NCBI GenBank assembly: GCA_043808015.1
Contig: JAZDFI010000028.1
Location: 1-46,979 of the forward strand
DNA: 46,979 nucleotides
DNA from: Candidatus Aenigmatarchaeota archaeon
Lineage (GTDB): Archaea; Aenigmatarchaeota; Aenigmatarchaeia; QMZP01; QMZT01
Direction: 5' to 3'
Position numbers and translations under genes: made by a program. This document shows, one piece after another, positions 27,014-36,425 of this stretch. The stretch's first letter is position 1; the number at the start of each line of letters is the position of its first letter. The notes under the pieces are model-generated. The model was given only the letters and a program-made list of their open reading frames with translations. It was not told the origin of the DNA and did no database searches.

Positions 27014-28309
27014 CTATGATGTCTGCTTCGGCGGCTTCAGCAAAACAAAAGCGATAATCATGCCTGCCGCCGCAAGCGCCGCAACGAGCGGCAGGACCGT
27101 CAGGTAGCCGCCGAAGACGTCCTTCGCCTGGCCGGCCAGGAGATTGCCGATGACCGCACCCGCGCCATATGCGGTGAAAATCAGGCCGTAGTTTCTCGCG
27201 TAGTCCTTTGTGCCGAAGTAGCTCGCCGCGGCCGTCGGCGCTATGGCCAGCCATCCTCCGAGGCACGCCCACAGCATGGCGAAGCTCACCATGTAAGCGG
27301 TAATCGACGCGGGGTTCATGAACAGCAGCAGCGACGCGGCGATGATGAGCAGGTAAGTTATCATGACTGCTTTCTGCGGCGTGAGCCTGTCCGTCAGCCA
27401 GCCGAACACGGGCCTGCCGCAACCGTTGAAGAAGGCGAAAGGTATTATGAGCGTCGTCATTAAAGCGGACGCGGCGACGGCTGCCATGCCGGCGTTGCCA
27501 GCGACTTCGAGCCCGACCGGCTTTGCCAGGCCTATGGCCATCAGGCCGGCGAGCGTGCCGATGGTATAGCATATCCACAGCGCGTAGAATGCCCTGGTTT
27601 TTATCATCTCGCTTCTAGAGAATTCTGTCTTCGCAACCTTGGCTTTCGGCTCGGGCGGCTTCCATCCTTTGGGCGACCAGCCGGAAGGCGGGAACTTCAA
27701 AAGCATCGACAGCGCCACTATCACCAGAAGGAAAACGACACCAAGTATGCGGAACGAGTTGAAAATGCCAAAGCTCGCCGTAAGATAATCCGATACCGGG
27801 CCCGTGACCGCAGCTGAGAAGCCGAAGCCGAGCAGCGTCATTCCGACCGCCAGCCCGCGCTTGTCAGGGAACCACCTGGCCATCGTCGTGATGGGACAGT
27901 TGTATGCCAATCCCACTCCAACGCCTGCGACGAAACCATAAAGGACCGCGAGTGTCAAAGGAGACGTGGCGAACGAAGCCAGGAACCAGCCGAGGCCCAC
28001 GACAACTCCGCCTATCATGCCAATCCTTCTCGGCCCGTGCCTCTCTATGTATTTGCCCACCTGCGGCATGGTGAGAGCGAAGACCAGCAGAGAAACGATG
28101 TAAGGCAGCTGCATCTCTGTCGCGCTTACTATCAGGCCGAAGCCGCCGCTTTCAACTGGCTTGGTGAACAACTCCTTCAGCGGGACGCTGAGAATGCTGT
28201 AAGCGTAAACCGCGCCTAAGCAGAACTCTATGAGCAGGCCGGCAATAACAAGAATCCATCTCCCAGTCTCGGGAGCCATGCCGAATATTTTCAAGTCACC
28301 TTTAACCAT
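27014..28309 (-). CDS. OFA family MFS transporter (oxalate/formate/monocarboxylate antiporter-like)
   Basis: RWFPDKRGLAVG, NGCGRPVFGWLTDR and YFGTKDYARNYG motifs. Confidence 0.88.
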   Translation of the reverse strand: MVKGDLKIFGMAPETGRWILVIAGLLIEFCLGAVYAYSILSVPLKELFTKPVESGGFGLIVSATEMQLPYIVSLLVFALTMPQVGKYIERHGPRRIGMIGGVVVGLGWFLASFATSPLTLAVLYGFVAGVGVGLAYNCPITTMARWFPDKRGLAVGMTLLGFGFSAAVTGPVSDYLTASFGIFNSFRILGVVFLLVIVALSMLLKFPPSGWSPKGWKPPEPKAKVAKTEFSRSEMIKTRAFYALWICYTIGTLAGLMAIGLAKPVGLEVAGNAGMAAVAASALMTTLIIPFAFFNGCGRPVFGWLTDRLTPQKAVMITYLLIIAASLLLFMNPASITAYMVSFAMLWACLGGWLAIAPTAAASYFGTKDYARNYGLIFTAYGAGAVIGNLLAGQAKDVFGGYLTVLPLVAALAAAGMIIAFVLLKPPKQTS

Positions 28310-28327
28310 AACGTATCTCTTCGGTTA

Positions 28328-29137
28328 TCATAATGATTTTTTTATCGTTATCTTGTCTCCGGTCTTGACGCCGAACTTGTCGGCAAAGCGGCCCTGGTTT
28401 ATTGCGATCTCGATTCTGCCGCAATCGTCGGGAATGACTATGACCTCGCCCTTCGAGACTTCGCCGAACGCCTTCAGAAATTTCGTGGTTATTCTCTTGA
28501 CGCTCGTGTCTATCTCGATGTCGTCCTTGTATTTTATGCCGGATTTTGTGAACTCGTCGTTGATGATGTTAATAGCAACGCTGCCGAAGTGGTTCACGTG
28601 TATGACTTCGCCGGATACCGTGCCGTTCGAGACCGTTCCCTCCTCGTAAGGCGCTTTGACGAGATTCTTCGGGTCAATCGCCTGGCCGAACTGCTCTATG
28701 CGGGCGCCTTTTGACAGCCACGCGGCTGCAGGCGCGAACACGTCGCGGCCATGGAAGACCGGGCAGACGGGCTTGCGCATGAACTTCTCGTTCGTTATTT
28801 CAACGACCTTGACTATGCCGCCGAGCATTCTCGTCGCGGGTATCAGGAGGCCGTTGTCCGGCCCTATGAGGTAATCGCCTCTCTTCGTCTTGATTATGAC
28901 GCCCCTGCGCTCCGTGCCGACGCCCGGGTCGACGACGCAGACATGGTAGCCCACGGGCAGCTGGGCGACGCTTTCGATTGTCCACGCGCCCTCGGTTATT
29001 TCGAATCCCGGAATGCCGTGCCACAGGTCTATTATCTCCGCGCCGGGGCACATTTCCAGGATGACGGACCTCATTATGCCGATGCCGGGGGTGCCGACGC
29101 CGAAGTCGCTCGAAAGCGAGAAGAATTTGCCGGCCAT
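28328..29137 (-). CDS. SAM-dependent chlorinase/fluorinase family (SAM hydroxide adenosyltransferase, DUF62)
   Basis: SDFG, IIDLWH, VVDPGVGTERR, GPDNGLL and FHGRDVFAPAAA. Confidence 0.9.
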   Translation of the reverse strand: MAGKFFSLSSDFGVGTPGIGIMRSVILEMCPGAEIIDLWHGIPGFEITEGAWTIESVAQLPVGYHVCVVDPGVGTERRGVIIKTKRGDYLIGPDNGLLIPATRMLGGIVKVVEITNEKFMRKPVCPVFHGRDVFAPAAAWLSKGARIEQFGQAIDPKNLVKAPYEEGTVSNGTVSGEVIHVNHFGSVAINIINDEFTKSGIKYKDDIEIDTSVKRITTKFLKAFGEVSKGEVIVIPDDCGRIEIAINQGRFADKFGVKTGDKITIKKSL

Positions 29138-29247
29138 GGAATTATTTTGAACGTCCGGGTTAAAATACCTGCGTTTAAACGCGTGGGAAAATATCCCGAT
29201 TTAAAACTTGCAGCGATAGTTGTAATCTTCATGGATTTTGTGATAAG

Positions 29248-30357
29248 ATGATTGGAGTCGGGTATAAGTGTTCCGGTATTTCATCGCTTAGAAGCCACGG
29301 CATCGACTTCGCGCATCTGGAGGTTTATTCTTCTTCGCACACATTGGCACGCCTTGACGCGCGGGAAGGCTTCAGGCTCACAGACGGCGATTCTCCGGTT
29401 TCCGTAGATATTCCCGTGAACGTTTTTTACAGAGCCAACGGCTCTAAAGTAAGAATTCCGTTTGAGCTCCAGCCCGGAGAAATAATATTCGCGGAGAGTC
29501 CGGTGAAAACTGTTCTGAACGATGGCGAATATCTGTCGCTTGAAACGAAAAGCAATGTGGCAAGAACCGGCCTGAGCGTCCTGGGTTTCTGCAAAGACGG
29601 GAAGTACGCCACGACGCTGGGTTTCGAAGATCGGGCGATGATGGTTTACATGAAGAACGACGCAAGCGTCCCTTATGTGATAGACGACGTCCCTTATCCT
29701 TTTCAGGTTGTGACATCCGTCCCGCGCAGCGACCCGGAGCGCGCCGAAGCTGGCAGTATAAAGATATACAACCCGGAAAGGGAAGACATCACGGAAAAGG
29801 CGGAGAGGAAAATGGGCGGCATGAACGGCTATGTGTTCACACTTTCGCCTGAAATGTGGGGCATGGAAAGCATGCCTGGCAAAAAAATAAGGTGGAGCGA
29901 AAGAAAATACGACGTCAAACATCTTTTCAGGGAAGGCCTCATAGGAGATATGGACCTGGCGAGATTCCCTTTCATTCTCACACTCAGCAACGAGACTATA
30001 GAGGCGGGCTGCCCGGCTTACGTTTTTCCTTTCCGCACCGGAAGCGTGCCTATGGATTATTTTTCAGGCGGGCACGCAAGGGAAAAGGAAATACGCCAAT
30101 ACATTTTAAGTCCCGCCGTTTACAGAAAAATAACAGGCAACGCCGGTCTCATCCAGAAAGGCTCCAGGAACAAAACCGTCTTTGAGATTTCGGCCGGAAA
30201 AAGGTGCGAACGCGACATCGCTGAAAAACTGAAAGAATTTTTGAAAGTCGACGCGGAATTCGGCTTCATGATACCTCTGGTTATGAAACCTCATAATTCC
30301 ACAGAAAATCATTACAACGGCAAGTCCATCGGTCAGGAAAAAATATGCGTGTTATGA
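29248..30357 (+). CDS. Hypothetical protein, possibly a divergent two-domain dCTP deaminase/dUTPase fold
   Basis: FELQPGEIIFAES...ETKSNVARTGLSV resembles dCTP-deaminase motifs; the resemblance is weak elsewhere. Confidence 0.5.
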   Translation: MIGVGYKCSGISSLRSHGIDFAHLEVYSSSHTLARLDAREGFRLTDGDSPVSVDIPVNVFYRANGSKVRIPFELQPGEIIFAESPVKTVLNDGEYLSLETKSNVARTGLSVLGFCKDGKYATTLGFEDRAMMVYMKNDASVPYVIDDVPYPFQVVTSVPRSDPERAEAGSIKIYNPEREDITEKAERKMGGMNGYVFTLSPEMWGMESMPGKKIRWSERKYDVKHLFREGLIGDMDLARFPFILTLSNETIEAGCPAYVFPFRTGSVPMDYFSGGHAREKEIRQYILSPAVYRKITGNAGLIQKGSRNKTVFEISAGKRCERDIAEKLKEFLKVDAEFGFMIPLVMKPHNSTENHYNGKSIGQEKICVL

Positions 30358-30369
30358 TTCAGATGTAAT

Positions 30370-30780
30370 TCAGAGCAGCCCGGCGTCCTTCAGGATTTTC
30401 ATGTGGTCGAAGGCGAACTTCAGTTTTCTCAGCTCGCTCCTGCTGAACGCTTTGACATCGTAAGTCTCGTTGGAGCTTTCTATTATACTGCCTCCGACCG
30501 GCTTGCAAAGATAAACCATGGAAACAGTGTGACCTCTCGGGTCGCGGCCCATCTTCGAATAAACGCCCAGAAGCCTGACTATCTCGACTTTCAACCCCGT
30601 TTCCTCGAAGGCCTCGCGCACGCACGTCTTCTCGACGGCTTCGCCGAACTCTATGAAGCCGCCCGGAATCGCGTAGCTGCCGATGAACGGGAAGAATCGC
30701 CTTCGTACGAGAACGGCTTTCTTTTCCTTAGTCACGATAAGCGCATCTATCGCAAGTCTTGTTTTTTTGTTAATGCCCAT
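30370..30780 (-). CDS. NUDIX hydrolase
   Basis: PGGFIEFGEAVEKTCVREAFEETGL Nudix box and RDPRGH; start taken as MGINKK. Confidence 0.9.
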   Translation of the reverse strand: MGINKKTRLAIDALIVTKEKKAVLVRRRFFPFIGSYAIPGGFIEFGEAVEKTCVREAFEETGLKVEIVRLLGVYSKMGRDPRGHTVSMVYLCKPVGGSIIESSNETYDVKAFSRSELRKLKFAFDHMKILKDAGLL

Positions 30781-30788
30781 ACAATCCC

Positions 30789-31931
30789 TCACTCTTTCAG
30801 GCCGCTTACTTTTCTCAGGTGGGCGACCGTCTCTTTCGTCGCCTTTACCGCGTAATCGATTTCCTTTTGCGTCGTGAATTTGGAAAGCGTGAACCTGAGC
30901 GAGCCCATTATGCACTCCGGATCGGCGTTTATCGCGCTGAGGACGTGCGACGGCCCCTCGTCCCGGCTCGAACAAGCGGAACCCGTCGAGACATGCACGC
31001 CTTTCGTGTCCAGGTACATGAGCAGCGCCTCGCCCTCGACGCCTTTGAATGAGATGTTGGCGTTGTTGCACAGTCGCTCACGTCTCGGACCGTTGAGATA
31101 CGATTCATTTATCGAGAGCAATCCCTTAACGAGCGCATCGCGCAACTTTGCCATCTGATTTATCTCGCGCGGGCCGATTAGCTCAGCCGTCCTCGCCAGC
31201 CCTACGATGCCGGGAATGTTCTCGGTCCCGGGGCGCAGCCCGGTTTCCTGATGACCGCCGTAAGAGATTGGCTGGATTTTAACGCCGCTGCGCACGAAAA
31301 GCGCTCCAATCCCTTTGGGCCCGTTGAGCTTGTGGCCGGAAATCGAGAGCAGGTCTATGTTCATCCGCTTCACATCTATCGGAACTTTCGCGAAGGACTG
31401 GACGGCATCGGTATGGAACAGCACGCCGCGCTGCCTGCATAGCGCTCCGATGCGCGCTATGTCCTGGAGCGTGCCTATCTCGTTGTTGCCGTGGATGACT
31501 GAAACAATGATAGTATCTTTTCTTATAGCTTTCCCGAGGGCTGTTATATCCACGAATCCCTCGCTGTCAACGTCGAGGAACGTGACCTCGAATCCTTCGT
31601 TCGCCAGCGAACGGCACGTGTTGAGAACGGCCGGGTGCTCGATTTTGGTCGTGATTATGTGTTTCCCTTTGCCGCGGTTCGCGTATGCAGCGCCGCGGAG
31701 CGCGAGGTTGTCGGACTCAGTGCCCCCGGACGTGAAAATTATCTCGCCCGCCTCTGCGTTTAGTTTTTTGGCAATTATTTCGCGCGCGAGGTCCATCGCC
31801 TTCTTCGCGTCGCGGCCAGGCTTGTGCAGCGAGGACGCATTGCCATACGCCTTCGAGAAGTAAGGCATCATCACTTTCAGCACGCGGGGATCGACTTTCG
31901 TCGTAGCGCCGTTGTCGAGATAAGCTTCCAT
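30789..31931 (-). CDS. iscS: Cysteine desulfurase (IscS/NifS type)
   Basis: YLDNGATT, YGNASSLH, FTSGGTESDN, HTDAVQ, SGHKLNGPKG and STGSACSS. Confidence 0.93.
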   Translation of the reverse strand: MEAYLDNGATTKVDPRVLKVMMPYFSKAYGNASSLHKPGRDAKKAMDLAREIIAKKLNAEAGEIIFTSGGTESDNLALRGAAYANRGKGKHIITTKIEHPAVLNTCRSLANEGFEVTFLDVDSEGFVDITALGKAIRKDTIIVSVIHGNNEIGTLQDIARIGALCRQRGVLFHTDAVQSFAKVPIDVKRMNIDLLSISGHKLNGPKGIGALFVRSGVKIQPISYGGHQETGLRPGTENIPGIVGLARTAELIGPREINQMAKLRDALVKGLLSINESYLNGPRRERLCNNANISFKGVEGEALLMYLDTKGVHVSTGSACSSRDEGPSHVLSAINADPECIMGSLRFTLSKFTTQKEIDYAVKATKETVAHLRKVSGLKE

Positions 31932-32020
31932 AATATCACATGACTTTGTGGTCAGATAAACGTGATGCTTGTTCATGGCTGATTGGGTTCTTCATTATTA
32001 TCAGTTCGGGTTTAAAAAGT

Positions 32021-32035
32021 TATAACGGCGTTATA
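32021..32035. promoter_or_regulatory. 15-bp palindrome TATAAC-N3-GTTATA upstream of iscS
   Basis: Exact reverse complement of the 15-mer at 33230-33244. Confidence 0.55.
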
Positions 32036-32064
32036 AATTTGGAACATCATGCGTTTAAAAGAAT

Positions 32065-32919
32065 TTGAATGATATTTTTTTCATGAATTTCGAAGGTGTT
32101 TTAGGGCTTGTAAATCCAAGAAACGTCAGGAAAAAACTTTCCGCTTACCCAACAGAAGCAGGAGAGATATCATCAAACACGGTAAAAATGGAGAAATCCA
32201 TGTTTGAAAACTTTTCCCCTGCCGAGCTCCTGTTCATAAAAACGTCCGTGAAAAATAAAGGGCTGAAAAGTCTGGCCCGCGTTGTTTTGGAAAAACATTA
32301 TTCTATCATTGACGATGCATTGTATCCCGAGGTTAAAGTGCAATTGCCCACATTAAAACGCGGAAAAACCCTGACGTCGATTGAAAAGACAAAAGACAAC
32401 GCATACTTCCAGAACGAAGGCATCAATATCGTGAAAGAAGCCCGTGGCAATTCACTCTATTGGAACAATGGCGTACAATTGGTCGAGCTGGCGGCAGATA
32501 GTTCGATGCGCTACAATAAAGGCACACAGATAGTAAAAGTTGGGAATGATAATTCACTCAATTTCAACCGGGGCGTGCAGTATATAGATAATGTTTATGC
32601 GCGCGCGGGAAGTGATAACGAAGGCGTACAATACGTAAGGAATGCCCGTGGAATACCTTTGAAGGATAACAAAGGCCTGTTGCATGTCGGGAGTTTCGTC
32701 TCCGGCGAGCTGATTAGAAACAAAGGCATAGTGGTATGCCCCGATGAAATAGAAGCGCTGGAAAACAACGAAGGCGTGGTGTTCTGTGATGACATCGGCA
32801 GCGAGTGGAACAACACAGGACAAATCCACAAATATGGCGATTTCATGAAAATGAGCGGCAGGGAATACAGCCATCTGATAAAAAAATACCTGCCCGGCCT
32901 GCACGTTTTCGGAAAATAA
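32065..32919 (+). CDS. Hypothetical protein with N-x-G repeats (putative beta-solenoid)
   Basis: NEGINIV, NNGVQLV, NKGTQIV, NRGVQYI, NEGVQYV, NKGLLHV, NKGIVVC and NEGVVFC repeats; AT-rich. Confidence 0.7.
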   Translation: MNDIFFMNFEGVLGLVNPRNVRKKLSAYPTEAGEISSNTVKMEKSMFENFSPAELLFIKTSVKNKGLKSLARVVLEKHYSIIDDALYPEVKVQLPTLKRGKTLTSIEKTKDNAYFQNEGINIVKEARGNSLYWNNGVQLVELAADSSMRYNKGTQIVKVGNDNSLNFNRGVQYIDNVYARAGSDNEGVQYVRNARGIPLKDNKGLLHVGSFVSGELIRNKGIVVCPDEIEALENNEGVVFCDDIGSEWNNTGQIHKYGDFMKMSGREYSHLIKKYLPGLHVFGK

Positions 32920-33229
32920 CAACCGTGAAAGATGCTGCTTTTGGAACAACTAGAATAAAAAAAGTCACGGGTCAAAAAGCGCTTTCTCGGGAAAAACCAC
33001 GATCCCGACATTAGAACCGGGCCACATAAAAACTTCCAGTGATTCGTGCGCCTGAAGTTTTTTGATGTTGGGTATTGCTGCGCTGCTCTTATCCTGCTCC
33101 TGAAAATATTTTTCCAGAAAGGCCAAATAACGGCAAAACGAACCGGGCATGCTTCCGTACATGAATATTATTTATGCGGAAATTTTATATGTTTAATAGT
33201 TGATAGTCAATACAATGTAAAACTTTATA

Positions 33230-33244
33230 TATAACGCCGTTATA
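33230..33244. promoter_or_regulatory. 15-bp palindrome TATAACGCCGTTATA upstream of iscU
   Basis: Same word, in the same orientation relative to transcription, as the site upstream of iscS. Confidence 0.55.
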
Positions 33245-33294
33245 TAAATTAAAAATTCGGGTTGCGTTTAGATTTGTGTTCATGGTGTGATGTT

Positions 33295-33924
33295 ATGTAT
33301 TCGAAGAAAGTCATCGAGTATTTCACCAAGCCGAAGAACGTCGGCGAGATTAAGAATGCCGACGCGCAGGTGGCGGAAGGCTCGCTGGCCTGTGGCGACA
33401 TGGTCAACCTGTATCTCAGGATAGACCCAAAAACGAAGGTCATCAAGGACATCAAGTTCAAGTCTTATGGCTGCGCCGCGAACATCGCGACGACGAGCAT
33501 AATGACCGAGATGGCGAAAGGCAAGACCATAGACCAGGCCAAAAACATGCAGTTCAGCGACATAACGAAGGCGCTCGGAGGCCTTCCGCCGATGAAGATT
33601 CACTGCTCCGTTCTCGCGATAGACGCGCTGAAGGCCGCGATACGCAATTACGAAGAGAAACACGGCCTCGCGAAACCGGAGGACATAAACGAGAGCATTC
33701 TGCGCTCGCGATTGCGTCACGTCATGGACCCGGGCATAGGCAAGGACATCGTTACGCTGGGAATAGTTCAGGACGTAAGGTTCGACGCTAAGAGCGGAGT
33801 CGTGTCTCTCATGCTCAGGCTCCCGAAGACGCACCAGTTCTACGACAATATCCTGCATGAAATCGATGAAAGAATAGGCTTCATACCCGGCATCAAAAAG
33901 ACAGACAAGAAGTTTATTGAATAA
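33295..33924 (+). CDS. iscU: Fe-S scaffold IscU/NifU-N fused to a C-terminal DUF59/MIP18-like domain
   Basis: YSKKVIEYFTKPKNVG, ACGD, YGCAANIA and LPPMKIHCS. C-terminal LRHVMDPGIGKDIVTLGIV is DUF59-like. Confidence 0.88.
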   Translation: MYSKKVIEYFTKPKNVGEIKNADAQVAEGSLACGDMVNLYLRIDPKTKVIKDIKFKSYGCAANIATTSIMTEMAKGKTIDQAKNMQFSDITKALGGLPPMKIHCSVLAIDALKAAIRNYEEKHGLAKPEDINESILRSRLRHVMDPGIGKDIVTLGIVQDVRFDAKSGVVSLMLRLPKTHQFYDNILHEIDERIGFIPGIKKTDKKFIE

Positions 33925-34747
33925 GTTTTACGGCGCCCGCGCCGCTGCTGTTGTGGCCGTTGTGCAGATGCAGATAGTCGTGAACATGCTTTTTTCCGAG
34001 CATGCCGTAAAAAATGCCGGCGAAAACGGGGTCGTATATTACGCCTTCATCGGCCTTCAGTTTTTCCCTTATTTCATTGTGGCTGAGCGTGGGGTGCCAA
34101 AGCCTGCTGTCGTCGCCTGCGGCGTCGATGAAGTCAATGACCCTTATGAGGCGGGAGCATCTGGGTATTTCTTCCCCCTTCAGTCCGAAAGGATATCCCG
34201 AGCCGCTCCAATCCTCGTGATGGTACAGCACGCAATTTTCCACGTCTTTCCTGTTGACTCCCAGTTTGCCTTTCGGATCCATTTTCTGTATTATGTCCCT
34301 GCCGACCAGAGGATGCAGTCTCATGTATTTCAGGTCCTTTTGTGTCATGGGGATTTCGCCGTTAAGCGACCTGCATGATCCGTCTTCTCCGACGAAAGCC
34401 AATATCTTGCCAACGTCATGCAGCAGGCCGCCCATGCGGGTTGAAGGGTATTTCTTTTTCCTGAAGCCGGCGTATTCGGCCAGCTCCTGCATCGCTTCCT
34501 CGGCCAGCTCGCCGACCTTTACGGAGTGGTCTATCCACATAGGATGAACGCCGATCTCCTCGATTTTTTTGAAGAACCAGTCGAGAAAAATGTCCGGGCG
34601 CCTGAAAGTCTCCCCTTTCATCGAGCGCAATATCTCCTTTACCTTATCATCGCTATACATGAGAGGGTCGTCATACGCTTTGTCATCCTCTGCTATTTTA
34701 GGATTAGATTCGCCATATTCGATGCGGTTCATAATGATCTGCCTCAT
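33914..34747 (-). CDS. HD-GYP domain phosphohydrolase
   Basis: HSVKV, LLHDVGKI, HPLVG, HHEDWSGSGYPFGLKGEEIP and IDFIDA. Confidence 0.85.
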   Translation of the reverse strand: MRQIIMNRIEYGESNPKIAEDDKAYDDPLMYSDDKVKEILRSMKGETFRRPDIFLDWFFKKIEEIGVHPMWIDHSVKVGELAEEAMQELAEYAGFRKKKYPSTRMGGLLHDVGKILAFVGEDGSCRSLNGEIPMTQKDLKYMRLHPLVGRDIIQKMDPKGKLGVNRKDVENCVLYHHEDWSGSGYPFGLKGEEIPRCSRLIRVIDFIDAAGDDSRLWHPTLSHNEIREKLKADEGVIYDPVFAGIFYGMLGKKHVHDYLHLHNGHNSSGAGAVKLIQ

Positions 34748-34887
34748 GGACGATATTCGCCGCCCGTGAATTGAGAGAACTAACGTCTTCAGGGGTATTT
34801 ATTGGCAGCTGAAGAGGCCTTTATATATAAGTGGAACGGAAAGCCCTCGATCAAAAACACATTTTACGGCAGCCAAAAAAAAACGGA

Positions 34888-35631
34888 TCAGTCAAACGAA
34901 AAAAGGGAGCGCACGGGGCTGTTAGTATTGACGGCTTCAAACGCCTTGCCGTCCTTTCTTATCATTTCCAGGAAGGCGTCGCAGAAGCCATGGTCATATT
35001 TGATGCCGCTGCTGGCTTCTATGTCCTGGATTATCTGAGCGGGCGCCTTTGGTTTTTTGTAAGGTCTGCCGCACATGGTGTCCGCGCCATCCAGGATGGC
35101 CAGAATCCTGCCGGGTTTTGATATTTTTTTTCCAACAGCTCCGCTCGGATAGCCGCTGCCGTTGTAATATTCGTGATGGTCACCAACGCCCGCCAGAACC
35201 GCTTCGTTTATTCCCAGCCGCCCGCCTTTGTCGAGGTATTGCAGTATTTCAACGCCCACTTCCGGGTGCAGCTTCATGGCATCGGATTCCTCCGAAGTTA
35301 GACCGCCTTTTCTGTTGAGCGCCTTGGGATCGTAACATATTATTTTGCCGACATCGTGAAGCAGCGCCGCATATCTCAAATCCATGCCTTCCTGCCGGTT
35401 CATGCCCATGAACTCAGCAATGCATCTGGCGAGATAATGTACCATTGCGCTATGCGCGACCCATCTTTTGTTCACGGGAATGTTAGGATTCTCGAAAAAA
35501 AGCTTTTCCGCATCTTTGATTTTTTCAACGGTTTTGCCTTTATATAATTCATGCTTGATGGTTTCCACGTGGCGGTCATCGTAATGCTGCAGGTTTAAAA
35601 TCCCATTGTATTGGTATTTGTCGATTTTCAT
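34888..35631 (-). CDS. HD-GYP domain phosphohydrolase
   Basis: HSAMV, LLHDVGKI, HPEVG, HHEYYNGSGYPSG, ILAILDGAD and RPYKK. Confidence 0.85.
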   Translation of the reverse strand: MKIDKYQYNGILNLQHYDDRHVETIKHELYKGKTVEKIKDAEKLFFENPNIPVNKRWVAHSAMVHYLARCIAEFMGMNRQEGMDLRYAALLHDVGKIICYDPKALNRKGGLTSEESDAMKLHPEVGVEILQYLDKGGRLGINEAVLAGVGDHHEYYNGSGYPSGAVGKKISKPGRILAILDGADTMCGRPYKKPKAPAQIIQDIEASSGIKYDHGFCDAFLEMIRKDGKAFEAVNTNSPVRSLFSFD

Positions 35632-35711
35632 CGGAAAACCGGATATTGTCAATTATATTATTTGTGCGCAAAACTTTTAATTGTTAAAAAAAGCATTTCC
35701 AAGCATTGTAA

Positions 35712-36395
35712 CTAGCGCGCTATTTCCAGTATGTCCTCGACGCTTCTGAGAACGTAGTCGGCCCTATTCTGAGGACTGGGTTTCTTGGTGCTGCCGTATT
35801 TCGCGAATGCCGTGCGCATGCCCAGAGCTTTCGCGCCCTGTATGTCGCGCTCCGGCCAGTCGCCGACGAACAGTATGTTTTCCGGCTTCTCGCCTATCTC
35901 CTTAACGGCCTTGAGGAACGGGAACTTCGAGGGTTTCTTCTCGCCGGTGTCGTTGAACGTCACAACCACGTCGAAAAAATGGTCCAACTTCATTTCTATC
36001 AGGCGTATCCACGCGTTTATCGAAGGAGCGTCGGACACTATGCCGAGTTTGAGACCCGACTCCCTGAGCTTCATGAGCGTCCTGACCGTGCCTGGGTATG
36101 GCTTGACGTAAGAGACCTGCGCTTTGCGATAGGCGACTATCCCTTCCGCGAGAATTCTATAATCGACTTTGCCGGTCGTCTTCTTGAGGAAGTCCTGGAA
36201 GATGCGGTTGTATTCTATGCCCTTCTCGCCGTACAGCTCGAAAAGTATCTCCATCGCCTTCTGCCTGTCCATTTTAAGGCCGGCGCTGACCATAGCGTCT
36301 ATCGCGGCCTCGCATGACCTGTGCTTCATCAGCATGAAGTCTATCAGCGTGTTGTCCAGGTCGAATAGAATGGCTTTTATCTTCATACTCACCAC
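35712..36395 (-). CDS. HAD superfamily hydrolase (subfamily IA)
   Basis: FDLDNTL, KKPSKFPF and VGDWPERDIQGA. Confidence 0.9.
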   Translation of the reverse strand: MVSMKIKAILFDLDNTLIDFMLMKHRSCEAAIDAMVSAGLKMDRQKAMEILFELYGEKGIEYNRIFQDFLKKTTGKVDYRILAEGIVAYRKAQVSYVKPYPGTVRTLMKLRESGLKLGIVSDAPSINAWIRLIEMKLDHFFDVVVTFNDTGEKKPSKFPFLKAVKEIGEKPENILFVGDWPERDIQGAKALGMRTAFAKYGSTKKPSPQNRADYVLRSVEDILEIAR

Positions 36396-36425
36396 TAGGA
36401 ATTGGAAAACGAAGTTAAATAATTT

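Noticed and set aside
30781-31071. N-terminal extension of the NUDIX ORF (similar extensions on the isochorismatase, ferredoxin and oapA ORFs)
   Set aside because: The extensions overlap neighbouring genes or precede better RBS-linked starts.
32965-33162. 65-aa minus-strand ORF in the iscS-iscU spacer
   Set aside because: Could be real, but it has no motif or other support, so it was not called.
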